In this document: in pieces, positions 11,301-24,270 of the stretch
Layout of the letters: each line of letters opens with the position of its first letter
Position numbering within the stretch: the stretch's first letter is position 1
Origin: Mytilus trossulus
Taxonomy: Eukaryota
DNA: 64,000 bases
Direction: 5' to 3'
Assembly: GCF_036588685.1 (NCBI RefSeq)
Contig: NC_086385.1
Span: 4,402,001 to 4,466,000, forward strand
Translations under genes and position numbers: made by a program
The notes under the pieces: generated by a model
Told to the model about the DNA's origin: nothing
The model's database searches: none
The model's input: the letters and a program-made list of their open reading frames with translations, nothing else

Positions 11301-14300
11301 ATGTTATAAAACTGTAGTGTGGTCCTTTTTGCTGTTATAAAACTCCAGTGTGGTCCTTCATGCTGTTATAAAATTCTAACGTGGACCATTGATTTGTTAT
11401 AAAACTGTAGCGTGGTCCTTTGTGCTGTTTGTAAACTCTAGTGTGGTCCTTTGTGCTGTTTTAAAACTCTTGTGTGGTCCTTTGTGATGTTATAAAACTC
11501 TAGTGTGGTCCTTTGTGCTGTTATAAAACTCTAGTGTGGTCCTTTGTGCTGTAATTTAACTCTAGTTTGGTCCTTTGTGATGTTATAAAACTCTAGTGTG
11601 GCCGTTTGAGATGTTATAAAACTCTAGTGTGGTCCTTTGTGCTGCTATCAAACTCTAGCGTGGTCCTTAATTGTGCAGTTATTAAAATCTAGTGTGGTCC
11701 TCTGTTATGTTATAAAACTTTCGTGTGGTCCTTCGTGCTCTAATTAAACACTAGTGTGGTCTTTTGTAATGTTATAAAACTTTGGCGTGGTCCTTTTTGC
11801 TATTATTAAACACTAGTGTGTTCTTTTGTGTTGTTATTAAACTCTAGTGTGGTTCTTTTTGCTGTTATAAAACTCTAGCGTTATCCTTTATGCTGTTATA
11901 AAACTCTTGTGTGGTCCTTCGTGCTCTTATAAAACTATTGTGTGGGTCTTTGTGCTGTTTGTAAACTCTAGTGTGGTCCTTTGTTCTGTTTTAAAACTCT
12001 TGTTTGGTCCTTTGTGCTGTTATCAAACTCAAGTGTGGTTATTTGAGATGTTATAAAACTCTAGCGTTGTCCTTTAAGTGTGCTGTTTATAAACTCTTGT
12101 GTGGTCCTTTGTGCTGTTATAAATGTCTAGTGTGGTCCTTTGTGCTGTTATGAAACTCTAGCGTGGTCCTTTGTGATGTTAAAAAACTGTAGTGTGGTCC
12201 TTTTTGCTGTTATAAAACTCTAGTGTGGTCCTTTATGCTGTTATAAAACTCTAGTGTGGACCATTGATTTGTTATAAAACTGAAGCGTGGTCCTTTGTGC
12301 TGTAATTAACTCAGGTGTGGTCCTTTGTGCTGTTAATAAACTCTAATGTGGTCCTCTGTGATGTTATAAATCTCTAGTGTGGTCCTTTATGCTCTCTTTA
12401 ACTCTAGTTTTGTCTTTTGTACTGTTATAAAACTTCTAGCGTGGTCCTTTTTGCTGTTATTAAACACTAGTGTGTTCTTTTGTGTTGTTATTAAACTCTA
12501 GTGTGGTCCTTTGTGCTGTTATAAAACTCTAGTGTGGTCCTTTGTGCTGTTATGAAACTATAGCGTGGTCCTTTGTGATGTTATAAAACTGTAGTGTGGT
12601 CCTTTTTGCTGTTATAAAACTCCAGTGTGGTCCTTCATGCTGTTATAAAATTCTAACGTGGACCATTGATTTGTTATAAAACTGTAGCGTGGTCCTTTGT
12701 GCTGTTTGTAAACTCTAGTGTGGTCCTTTGTGCTGTTTTAAAACTCTTGTGTGGTCCTTTGTGATGTTATAAAACTCTAGTGTGGTCCTTTGTGCTGTTA
12801 TAAAACTCTAGTGTGGTCCTTTGTGCTGTAATTTAACTCTAGTTTGGTCCTTTGTGATGTTATAAAACTCTAGTGTGGCCGTTTGAGATGTTATAAAACT
12901 CTAGTGTGGTCCTTTGTGCTGCTATCAAACTCTAGCGTGGTCCTTAATTGTGCAGTTATTAAAATCTAGTGTGGTCCTCTGTTATGTTATAAAACTTTCG
13001 TGTGGTCCTTCGTGCTCTAATTAAACACTAGTGTGGTCTTTTGTAATGTTATAAAACTTTGGCGTGGTCCTTTTTGCTATTATTAAACACTAGTGTGTTC
13101 TTTTGTGTTGTTATTAAACTCTAGTGTGGTTCTTTTTGCTGTTATAAAACTCTAGCGTTATCCTTTGTGCTGTTATAAAACTCTACTGTGGTCCTTTATG
13201 CTGTTATAAAATTCTAGCGTGGTCCATGGATTTGTTATAAAACTGTAGCGTGGTCCTTTGTGCTGTAATAAACTCAAGTGTGGTCTTTTGTGCTATTATT
13301 AAACTGTTGTGTGGTCCTTTGTGCTGTTATTAAACTCTAGTGTGGTCCTTGGTGCTGTTATAAAACTCAAGTGTGGTCTGTTGTGCTGTTATTTAACTTT
13401 AGTGTGGTCCTTTGAGATGATATAAAACTCTAGTGTGGTCCTTTGTGCTGTTATCAAACTCTAGCGTGGTTCTTTAATTGTGCAGTTATTAAACTCTAGT
13501 TTGGTCCTTTGTGCTGTTATGAAACTCTAGCGTGGTCCTTTGTGATGTTATAAAACTGTAGTGTGGTTCTTTTTGCTGTTATAAAACTCTAGTGTGGTCC
13601 TTTATGCTGTTATAAAATTCTAACGTGGACCATTGATTTGTTATAAAACTGAAGCGTGGTCCTTTGTGTTGTAATTAACTCAGGTGTGGTCCTTTGTGCT
13701 GTTATCAAACTCTAGTGTGGTCCTCTGTGATGTTATAAAACTCTAGTGTAGTCCTTTGTGCTCTCTTTGACTCTAGTTTTGTCTTTTGTACAGTTATAAA
13801 ACTGTAGCGTGGTCCTTTTTGCTCTGATTAAACACTAGTGTGTTCTTTTGTGTTGTTATTAAACTCTAGCATGGTCCTTTGTGATGTTATAAAACTCTAG
13901 TGTGGTCCTTTGTGCTGTTATGAAACTCTAGCGTGGTCCTTTGTGATGTTATAAAACTGTAGTGTGGTTCTTTTTGCTGTTATAAAACTCTAGTGTGGTC
14001 CTTTATGCTGTTATAAAATTCTAACGTGGACCATTGATTTGTTATAAAACTGAAGCGTGGTATTTTGTGTTGTAATTAACTCAGGTGTGGTCCTTTGTGC
14101 TGTTATCAAACTCTAGTGTGGTCCTCTGTGATGTTATAAAACTCTAGTGTAGTCCTTTGTGCTCTCTTTGACTCTAGTTTTTTGTCTTTTGTACAGTTAT
14201 AAAACTCTAGCGTGGTCCTTTTTGCTCTTATTAAACACTAGTGTGTTCCTTTGTGTTGTTATTAAACTCTAGTGTGGTCCTTTGTGCTGTTATAAAACTC

Positions 14301-17300
14301 TAGTGTGGTCCTTTGTGCTGTTATGAAACTCTAGCGTGGTCCTTTGTGATGTTATAAAACTGTAGTGTGGTCCTTTTTGCTGTTATAAAACTCTAGTGTG
14401 GTCCTTTATGCTGTTATAAAATTCTAACGTGGACCATTGATTTGTTATAAAACTGAAGCGTGGTCCTTTGTGCTGTAATTAACTCAGGTGTGGTCCTTTG
14501 TGCTGTTATTAAACTCTAGTGTGGTCCTCTGTGATGTTATAAAACTCTAGTGTGGTCCTTTATGCTCTCTTAAACTCTAGTTTTGTCTTTTGTACTGTTA
14601 TAAAACTCTAGCGTGGTCCTTTTTGCTGTTATTATACACTAGTGTGTTCCTTTGTGTTGTTATTAAACTCTAGTGTGGTCCTTTGTGCTGTTATAAAACT
14701 CTAATGTGATCCTTTGTGATGTTATAAAACTGTAGTGTTGTCCTTTTTGCTGTTATAAAACTCCAGTGTGGTCCTTTATGCTGTTATAAAATTCTAATGT
14801 GGACCATTGATTTGTTATAAAACTGTAGCGTGGTCCTTTGTGCTGTTTGTAAACTCTAGTTTTGTCCTTTGTGCTGTTATAAAACTCTTGTATGGTCCTT
14901 TATGCTGTTATTAAACTCTAGTGTGGTCCTTCGTGCTGTTATAAAACTCTTGTGTGGTCCTTTGTGCTGTTTGTAAACTCTAGTGTGGTCCTTTATGCTG
15001 TTATAAAATTCTAACGTGGACCATTGATTTGTTATAAAACTGAAGCGTGGTCCTTTGTGTTGTAATTAACTCAGGTGTGGTCCTTTGTGCTGTTATCAAA
15101 CTCTAGTGTGGTCCTCTGTGATGTTATAAAACTCTAGTGTAGTCCTTTGTGCTCTCTTTGACTCTAGTTTTGTCTTTTGTACAGTTATAAAACTGTAGCG
15201 TGGTCCTTTTTGCTCTGATTAAACACTAGTGTGTTCTTTTGTGTTGTTATTAAACTCTAGCGTGGTCCTTTGTGATGTTATAAAACTCTAGTGTGGTCCT
15301 TTGTGCTGTTATGAAACTCAAGCGTGGTCCTTTGTGATGTTATAAAACTGTAGTGTGGTTCTTTTTGCTGTTATAAAACTCTAGTGTGGTCCTTTATGCT
15401 GTTATAAAATTCTAACGTGGACCATTGATTTGTTATAAAACTGAAGCGTGGTATTTTGTGTTGTAATTAACTCAGGTGTGGTCCTTTGTGCTGTTATCAA
15501 ACTCTAGTGTGGTCCTCTGTGATGTTATAAAACTCTAGTGTAGTCCTTTGTGCTTTCTTTGACTCTAGTTTTTTGTCTTTTGTACAGTTATAAAACTCTA
15601 GCGTGGTCCTTTTTGCTCTTATTAAACACTAGTGTGTTCCTTTGTGTTGTTATTAAACTCTAGTGTGGTCCTTTGTGCTGTTATGAAACTCTAGCGTGGT
15701 CCTTTGTGATGTTATAAAACTGTAGTGTGGTTCTTTTTGCTGTTATAAAACTCTAGTGTGGTCCTTTATGCTGTTATAAAATTCTAACGTGGACCATTGA
15801 TTTGTTATAAAACTGAAGCGTGGTATTTTGTGTTGTAATTAACTCAGGTGTGGTCCTTTGTGCTGTTATCAAACTCTAGTGTGGTCCTCTGTGATGTTAT
15901 AAAACTCTAGTGTAGTCCTTTGTGCTCTCTTTGACTCTAGTTTTTTGTCTTTTGTACAGTTATAAAACTCTAGCGTGGTCCTTTTTGCTCTTATTAAACA
16001 CTAGTGTGTTCCTTTGTGTTGTTATTAAACTCTAGTGTGGTCCTTTGTGCTGTTATAAAACTCTAGTGTGGTCCTTTGTGCTGTTATGAAACTCTAGCGT
16101 GGTCCTTTGTGATGTTATAAAACTGTAGTGTGGTCCTTTTTGCTGTTATAAAACTCTAGTGTGGTCCTTTATGCTGTTATAAAATTCTAACGTGGACCAT
16201 TGATTTGTTATAAAACTGAAGCGTGGTCCTTTGTGCTGTAATTAACTCAGGTGTGGTCCTTTGTGCTGTTATTAAACTCTAGTGTGGTCCTCTGTGATGT
16301 TATAAAACTCTAGTGTGGTCCTTTATGCTCTCTTAAACTCTAGTTTTGTCTTTTGTACTGTTATAAAACTCTAGCGTGGTCCTTTTTGCTGTTATTATAC
16401 ACTAGTGTGTTCCTTTGTGTTGTTATTAAACTCTAGTGTGGTCCTTTGTGCTGTTATAAAACTCTAATGTGATCCTTTGTGATGTTATAAAACTGTAGTG
16501 TTGTCCTTTTTGCTGTTATAAAACTCCAGTGTGGTCCTTTATGCTGTTATAAAATTCTAATGTGGACCATTGATTTGTTATAAAACTGTAGCGTGGTCCT
16601 TTGTGCTGTTTGTAAACTCTAGTTTTGTCCTTTGTGCTGTTATAAAACTCTTGTATGGTCCTTTATGCTGTTATTAAACTCTAGTGTGGTCCTTCGTGCT
16701 GTTATAAAACTCTTGTGTGGTCCTTTGTGCTGTTTGTAAACTCTAGTGTGGTCCTTTATGCTGTTATAAAATTCTAACGTGGACCATTGATTTGTTATAA
16801 AACTGAAGCGTGGTCCTTTGTGTTGTAATTAACTCAGGTGTGGTCCTTTGTGCTGTTATCAAACTCTAGTGTGGTCCTCTGTGATGTTATAAAACTCTAG
16901 TGTAGTCCTTTGTGCTCTCTTTGACTCTAGTTTTGTCTTTTGTACAGTTATAAAACTGTAGCGTGGGCCTTTTTGCTCTGATTAAACACTAGTGTGTTCT
17001 TTTGTGTTGTTATTAAACTCTAGCGTGGTCCTTTGTGATGTTATAAAACTCTAGTGTGGTCCTTTGTGCTGTTATGAAACTCAAGCGTGGTCCTTTGTGA
17101 TGTTATAAAACTGTAGTGTGGTTCTTTTTGCTGTTATAAAACTCTAGTGTGGTCCTTTATGCTGTTATAAAATTCTAACGTGGACCATTGATTTGTTATA
17201 AAACTGAAGCGTGGTATTTTGTGTTGTAATTAACTCAGGTGTGGTCCTTTGTGCTGTTATCAAACTCTAGTGTGGTCCTCTGTGATGTTATAAAACTCTA

Positions 17301-20300
17301 GTGTAGTCCTTTGTGCTTTCTTTGACTCTAGTTTTTTGTCTTTTGTACAGTTATAAAACTCTAGCGTGGTCCTTTTTGCTCTTATTAAACACTAGTGTGT
17401 TCCTTTGTGTTGTTATTAAACTCTAGTGTGGTCCTTTGTGCTGTTATAAAACTCTAGTGTGGTCCTTTGTGCTGTTATGAAACTCAAGCGTGGTCCTTTG
17501 TGATGTTATAAAACTGTAGTGTGGTCCTTTTTGCTGTTATAAAACTCTAGTGTGGTCCTTTATGCTGTTATAAAATTCTAACGTGGACCATTGATTTGTT
17601 ATAAAACTGAAGCGTGGTCCTTTGTGCTGTAATTAACTCAGGTTTGGTCCTTTGTGCTGTTATTAAACTCTTGTGTGGTCCTCTGTGATGTTATAAAACT
17701 CTAGTGTGGTCCTTTATGCTCTCTTAAACTCTAGTTTTGTCTTTTGTACTGTTATAAAACTCTAGCGTGGTCCTTTTTGCTGTTATTATACACTAGTGTG
17801 TTCCTTTGTGTTGTTATTTAACTCTAGTGTGGTCCTTTGTGCTGTTATAAAACTCTAATGTGATCCTTTTTGATGTTATAAAACTGTAGTGTTGTCCTTT
17901 TTGCTGTTATAAAATTGCAGTGTGGTCCTTTATGCTGTTATAAAATTCTAATGTGGACCATTGATTTGTTATAAAACTGTAGCGTGGTCCTTTGTGCTGT
18001 TTGTAAACTCTAGTGTGGTCCTTTGTGCTGTTATAAAACTCTTGTATGGTCTTTTATGCTGTTATTAAACTCTTGTGTGGTCCTTCGTGCTGTTATAAAA
18101 CTATTGTGTGGTCCTTTGTTCTGTTTGTAAACTCAAGTGTGGTCCTTTGTGCTGTTTAAAAACTCTTGTGTGGTCCTTTGTGATGTTATAAAACTCTAGT
18201 GTGGTCCTTTGTGCTGTTAAACAACTCTTGTGTGATCCTTGGTGCTGTTAAAAAACTCTTGTGTGGTCCTGCGTGCTGTTATAAAATTATTGTGTGATCC
18301 TTTGTGCTGTTTGTTAACTCTAGTGTGGTCCTTTTTGTTGTTTTAAAATTCTTGTGTGATCCTTTGTGCTGTTTGTTAACTCTAGTGTGGTCCTGCGTGC
18401 TGTTATAAAACTCTTGTGTGATCCTTTGTGCTGTTTGTTAACTCTAGTGTGGTCCTTTGTGTTGTTTTAAAATTTTTGTGTGGTCCTTTGTGCTGTTTGT
18501 TAACTCTAGTGTGGTCCTTTGTGTTGTTTTAAAATTCTTGTGTGATCCTTTGTGCTGTTTGTTAACTCTAGTGTGGTCCTGCGTGCTGTTATAAAACTCT
18601 TGTGTGATCCTTTGTGCTGTTTGTTAACTCTAGTGTGGTCCTTTGTGTTGTTTTAAAATTCTTGTGTGGTCCTTTGTGATGTTATAAAACTCTAGTGTGG
18701 TCCTTTGTGCTGTTATCAAACTCATGTGTTGTTATTTGAGATGTTATAAAACTCTAGTGTGGTCGTGTGTGCTGTTATAAAACTCTAGTGTGGTCTTTTG
18801 TGCTATTATAAAACTATAGGGTGGTCGTTTGTGCTGTTATAAAACTCTAGTGTGGTCCTTTGTGCTATTATAAAACTCTAGTGTGGTCCTTTGTGCTGTT
18901 ATAAAACTGTAGTGTGGTCTTTTGTGATGTCATAAAACTCTAGTGTGGTCCTTTGTGCTGTTATAAAACTCGAGTGTGGTCCTTTGTCCTGTAATTAAAC
19001 TCTAGTGTGGTCCTTTGAGATGTTATAAAATTCCAATATGGTCATAAGTGCTGTTATAAAACTCTAGTGTGGTCATTTGTGCTCTTAATAAATTCTGTGT
19101 GGTCCTTTGTTCTGTTTTAAAACTCTTGTGTGGTCATTTGTGATGTTGTTAAACTCTAGTGTGGTCCTTTGAGATGTTATAAAACTCTTGTGTGATCCTT
19201 TGTGCCATTTAAAAACTCTTGTGTGGTCTTTTGTGATGTTATAACACTCTAGTGTGATCGTTTGTGCTGTTATAAAACTCTTGTATGGTCCTTTGTGCTG
19301 TTATAAAACTCTTGTGTGGTCCTGCGTGCTGTTATAAAACTCTTGTGTGGTCCTGTGTGCTGTTTGTAAACTCTAGTGTGGTCCTTTGTGCTGTTTTAAA
19401 ATGCTTGTGTGGTCCTTTGTGATGATATAAAACTCTAGTGTGGTCCTTTGTGCTGTTATCAAACTCAAGTGTTGTTATTTGAGATGTTATAAAACTCTAG
19501 TGTGGTCATGTGTGCTGTTATAAAACTCTAGTGTGGTCTTTTGTGCTATTATAAAACTCTAGGGTGGTCGTTTGTGCTGTTATAAAAATCTAGTGTGGTC
19601 CTTTGTGCTATTATAAAACTCTAGCGTGGTCCTTTGTGCTGTTATAAAACTGTAGTGTGGTCCTTTGTGATGTCATAAAACTCTAGTGTGGTCCTTTGTG
19701 CTGTTATAAAACTCTAGTGTGGTGCTTTGTGCTGTAATTGAACTCTAGTGTGGTCCTTTGAGATGTTATAACATTCAATTATGGTCATTAGTGCTGTTAT
19801 TAAACTCTAGTGTGGTCATTTGTGCTGTTAATAAACTCTAGTGTGGTCCTTTGTGCAGTTTTAAAACTCTTGTGTGGTCCTTTGTGATGTTGTAAAACTC
19901 TAGTGTGGTCCTTTGTGCTGTTAAAAAACTCTAGTGTGATCCTTTGTGCTGTATTTGAACTGTAGTGTGGTCCTTTATGCTGTTATAAAATTCTAACGTG
20001 GACCATTGATTTGTTATAAAACTGAAGCGTGGTCCTTTGTGCTGTAATAAACTCAGGTGTGGTCCTTTGTGCTGTTATTAAACTCTAGTGTGGTCCTCTG
20101 TGATGTTATAAAACTCTAGTGTGGTCCTTTGTGCTCTCTTTAACTCTAGTTTTGTCTTTTGTACTGGTATAAAACTCTAGCGTGGTCCTTTTTGCTGTTA
20201 TTAAACACAAGTGTGTTCCTTTGTGTTGTTATTTAACTCTAGTGTGGTCCTTTGTGCTGTTATAAAACTCTAGCGTGGTCCTTTGTGCTGTTAAGAAACT

Positions 20301-20625
20301 CTGGCGTGGTCCTTTGTGATGTTATAAAACTGTAGTGTGGTCCTTTCTGCTGTTATAAAACTCTAATGTAGTCCTTTATGCTGTTATACAATTCTAACGT
20401 GGACCATTGATTTGTTATAAAACTGTAGCGTGGTCCTTTGTGCTGTAATAAACTCCAGCGTGGTCCTTTGTGCTGTTTTTAAACTCTAGTGTGGTCCGTT
20501 GTGCTGTTATTAAACTCTAGTGTGGTCCTTTGTGCATTTATAAAACTCTAGCGTGGTCCTTTATGCGGTTATAAAACTCTAGCGTGGTCCATTGTGTTGT
20601 TATAAAACTGTAGTTTGGTCTTTTG
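8316..20625. repeat. 12.3-kb intronic satellite, 31-bp monomer (about 400 copies), with higher-order structure
   Basis: Consensus TTATAAAACTCTAGTGTGGTCCTTTGTGCTG. The diagnostic variant GGACCATTGATTTG recurs at about 400 and 370 bp spacing. Confidence 0.98.
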
Positions 20626-21134
20626 CGCACTGATTAAATGACATTTTTGTACTGTGTGTTCTTACTTAGCTCTATTGATGTCCTTTTTGTGATAATCAGA
20701 GCACAAACAGGATCTTTGCGTTGTTTTAGAGACCGGAAATTCTACACATGCAATAATGTGACTCCTTTATTGATACCAAATATTTCCTGCTAAGACTTAC
20801 ACAATGTCTGTACCAAGTCAGGTTAGGGACAGTTGTTGTCCATTCATTAGTGTGTTGAGCCTTAAAGTTTAGGGACTTTCCGTTTTGAATTATCCACGGA
20901 GGTCAGCATTTTTGTGATTTTGCTTTTTTCGTACAATCATCTAAAATATAATTAACATGATTAAGATTATTTCAATTAATAAACGGACATGATATATCGA
21001 TTCATGAATACAATAATGAAGGAACAAACAAAAGTAAATAAAGAACCGTTTTAATTTGTAAATACTCATAATATCAAAGTCATATATGCCATTAATTTAG
21101 ACCAAATAATAATTTTATTGATATATCATTATAG

Positions 21135-21377
21135 CTGAGCGTTTGGCCAATATCTATATACTTGTCTACAATCCAATGGTTCACACATGACAATCTTACG
21201 ATCAGGAACAAAGCCAACTCTGTTTTTATCACAATGGTCAGGTTCCAAGGATTTTTAGTTCGTCCTGTAATACAAAGGTTCAAGGACGATTTGTGGAGAT
21301 TTACATGGATGCATCTCCCGGCTCCTGCTTAACTTTGTGTGAAGTAGAAATTTACACTGAAAAGAATATTAATGAAG
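21135..21377 (+). pseudogene. F-type lectin domain, second half (phase 1-1), with an in-frame TGA at 21188-21190
   Basis: PERLANIYILVYNPMVHT*QSYDQEQSQLCFYHNGQVPRIFSSSCNTKVQGRFVEIYMDASPGSCLTLCEVEIY contains the FTLD motifs ERL, GRFV and LTLCEVE. Flanks are tag| and |gtaata, and the phase matches the upstream exon. Confidence 0.88.
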
Positions 21378-21661
21378 GTAATATTTATTATTTGCATCAA
21401 CCAATCATTGTATATTTGTTCTGAAGTCAGTGTGACAATAGTAGTTAGTTATCAAAGGTACCAGACACACGGTGCATAACCATAACGGCCACTTCTGGCG
21501 TAAACTGATACTGCCACCAAAACCAACGGCGACTTCCGGCGTTTTTCCTAAAATGGACTCGGACGACGATCCGAATAATCATGATTTAGACAAATCTGTT
21601 AGGTACTAAGTGATATAATTGCTGTGTCCACGGAATCGTCGGATGAGACATATAATCTAGT

Positions 21662-21708
21662 ACGCCAGACGAGCGTTTCGTCTAAATAAGAATCTTCAGT
21701 GACACTAA
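21662..21708 (-). ncRNA. Minimal type I hammerhead ribozyme motif within a dispersed repeat
   Basis: The minus strand reads gtgtca-CTGAAGA-ttcttatttagac-GAAAC-gctc-GTC-tggcg. The core CUGANGA/GAAA/GUC is intact and stem I is tgtca:tggcg. Stem II has one mismatch. Confidence 0.75.
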
Positions 21709-22079
21709 GATCAAAATAGTTATTAAGCGAAAGAAGTACAAAGTTGAAAAGCATTGAGGACCCAAAATTCCAAAAAGGTATGCCAAATTCGGCTAAGGTA
21801 ATCTACTCCTAGGATAAGAAAATCCTTAGTATTTCGAAAAAATCATTATTTTGTAAACAGGAAATTTATAAAGAAAAACTTATTATTGATATTCATTTCA
21901 ACATTGAGTAGGCAGGGTATAATTACATATCCTTGACGTTCTAACTGTCAACATCAACAAAGTTTTTTTTAAAGAAAGGTTGATGTTAATTTTTATTTTC
22001 ATTGTCACATTAATACATTTAATACAAAAACGGATGTAAATAATACGTCATTATATAGTTTTCTGAAAAATTGAGGTAA

Positions 22080-22365
22080 GACATTCAAAACACCATCAAT
22101 AGCACTTAATGCAGCGATTCATTCCCTATTGTGAAATTTCCCTTTTTGCTTGGTGATGTTCCTTTGACATATTCTTACGGGGTTTATATTTCACAACTCG
22201 TTCTGTATGCCCGTGTCTGATGTGACTTTTCGATTTTAAGGAACAGTGACCTATTATGTATTACTGGTAAATAATTTAGCAAGGGATTTCGTTACCACAA
22301 AGTACTTAAAACCTTTACTTAAGTCTTCCATAGATATTCAGATTTGGATTTGAAGCTTGGCTGTA
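22080..22365 (+). mobile_element. Degraded Penelope-like RT thumb fragment
   Basis: DSFPIVKFPF..GDVP...YGVYISQLV.YARV-like translation, homologous to 4080-4300. Confidence 0.6.
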
Positions 22366-22519
22366 CGAAGATCTATAGTTGTTAATTTCTGTGTCATTTG
22401 GTCTCTTGTGAAGAGTTGCCTTATTAACAATCATACCATATCTTTGTTTTGTCCTATATATGCATTATATTTGCAGCTTGACGTTAAACAGTCATTGCTC
22501 ATAATCATATTGACATTGA

Positions 22520-22860
22520 AATAAAACTGAGAATGGAAATTGGGAATGTGTCAAAGAGACAACAACCCGACCAAATAAAAAAACAAAAGCAGGAGGTCAC
22601 CAACATGCCTTCAATGTAGCGAGAAATTCCCGCATCCGGAGGCGTCCTTCAGCTGGCCCCTAAACAAATATATACTAGTTCAGTGATAATGAACGCCATA
22701 CTAATTTCCAAATGGTACACAAGAAACTAAAATTAAAATAATACAAGACTAACAAAGGCCAGAGGCTCCTGACTTGGGACAGGCGCAAAAATGCGGCGGG
22801 GTTAAACATGTTTGTGAGATCTCAACCCTCCCCCTATACCTCTAACCAATGTAGAAAATT
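22520..22860 (+). mobile_element. Dispersed repeat family A (young copy)
   Basis: Near-identical to the reverse complement of 58765-59103. Confidence 0.85.
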
Positions 22861-22889
22861 ATGCTACATGTAATTACATTTTTTTACAG

Positions 22890-23095
22890 GATCATTCTGT
22901 AAACAACTCAACAAAATACCCGTTGTAGCCCTCGACCGGAAGTTGGAAAATATACCCGTTTATATATGTGCTATCGTCTGTAGGAAGACAGGAGAATGTA
23001 TTGGGTTCAGTATAGAGGACGATAACACATGTTCCCTAATCAAAACGAGTAAATATGTGGATACTAGTAATGACGAGTACTATGAAAGATGTTGA
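22890..23095 (+). pseudogene. Terminal exon of the lectin gene, PAN/apple-like domain
   Basis: tttttacag|GSFCKQLNKIPVVALDRKLENIPVYICAIVCRKTGECIGFSIEDDNTCSLIKTSKYVDTSNDEYYERC*. It has the PAN pattern C-x3-C-x5-C-x-GF...C-x-L, and phase 1 matches the upstream exon. Confidence 0.8.
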
Positions 23096-23574
23096 TCAAC
23101 GATTTGTTCTTTGTGCGACGAATCAGCAGTTTTAAATTTAAATTCATGGACTGCAGATAACAGATTCAATATTTTTTTTAATGAAAAAACCTTAATATGT
23201 ATTGAGCGTTTCTATTTGTATCGTTATTTCTATATAAAAATCCTCCAGCTGATTACATGAAGTATGATGTAGTGAGTGGTTATTATCTTAAGGAGGGGAA
23301 AAAGATACCAGATTGAAGTCAACTAATAAACTGATAACGTTATGGCTAAAAAATAAAAATAAAAACAGACAAATAATAGTACAAAAAACACCCCATAGAA
23401 CGACTAAACAACACGAAACCAACCTACAAATGTTGTATTCATAGATTTTAAAACTCATTAGATTTCTTACTTTCAACAAAACATTGTCATCATCATTAAA
23501 ACGTTTTACTTAACATTTAATTGTATCGACATTGGAGACAAAGTTAAAGAGTCCGAAAGACAAACAACAGTATA

Positions 23575-24070
23575 TAAATAAAGGCAACAGTAGTATACCG
23601 CTGTTCAAAACTCATAAATCCATGGACAAAAAACAAAATCGGGTTAACAAACTAAAACCTAGGGAAACGCATTAAATATAAGAGGAGAACAACGACACAT
23701 CACTGAAATGTAACAAACACAGAAACGGACCAAGCATCAGACAAAATCCCACGAGAATAACAAATATAACATCAAAACCAAATACATGAATTTGGGATAG
23801 ACAAGTACCGTGACACGTCTTATCGCAGTGTGAATTTAAATTCAAAAATAAGAGAAAACAAACGACGCAACGTTACAATGTAACACACTCAGAAACGAAC
23901 AATAATATAACAATGGCCATCTTCCTGACTTGGTACAGGACTTTTTTAAAGGAAAAAATTGTGGTTTGCACCTGGTTTTGTGGCATGTCAAACCTCGCAC
24001 TTTAATGGCAATGTTACATATAACATTGAAATGACAACATAATATAACAGGACTACAATACAAATGAAAC
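23575..24070 (+). mobile_element. Dispersed repeat family C
   Basis: Begins ataaataaaggcaacagtagtataccgctgttc. Related copies lie at 25822-26060 and 44320-44520. Confidence 0.7.
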
Positions 24071-24270
24071 ACTAATAAAAATCTGTTTTGGTTGACTTCC
24101 TCCTTTTTTAACTTTCATTATATCCGTATTTATTTTGAAAATTATCTGCTGACGACATACCTATAAATAGGCTGTTAATATTGTTTGTATATTGATTAGA
24201 CCATTAGATTTCTCGTCTGAATTGTTTTTCATTTGTCATCTCGGGGCCTTTTATAGCTTGTTTAGCTGAC

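Noticed and set aside
8316-20625. CRISPR-like appearance of this and the other arrays (28079, 28819, 39530)
   Set aside because: Units are head-to-tail with no unique spacers, there are no cas genes, and the context is eukaryotic.
21188-21190. Selenocysteine reading of the TGA
   Set aside because: The position is not a conserved FTLD cysteine and no SECIS was recognised. A nonsense change is simpler.
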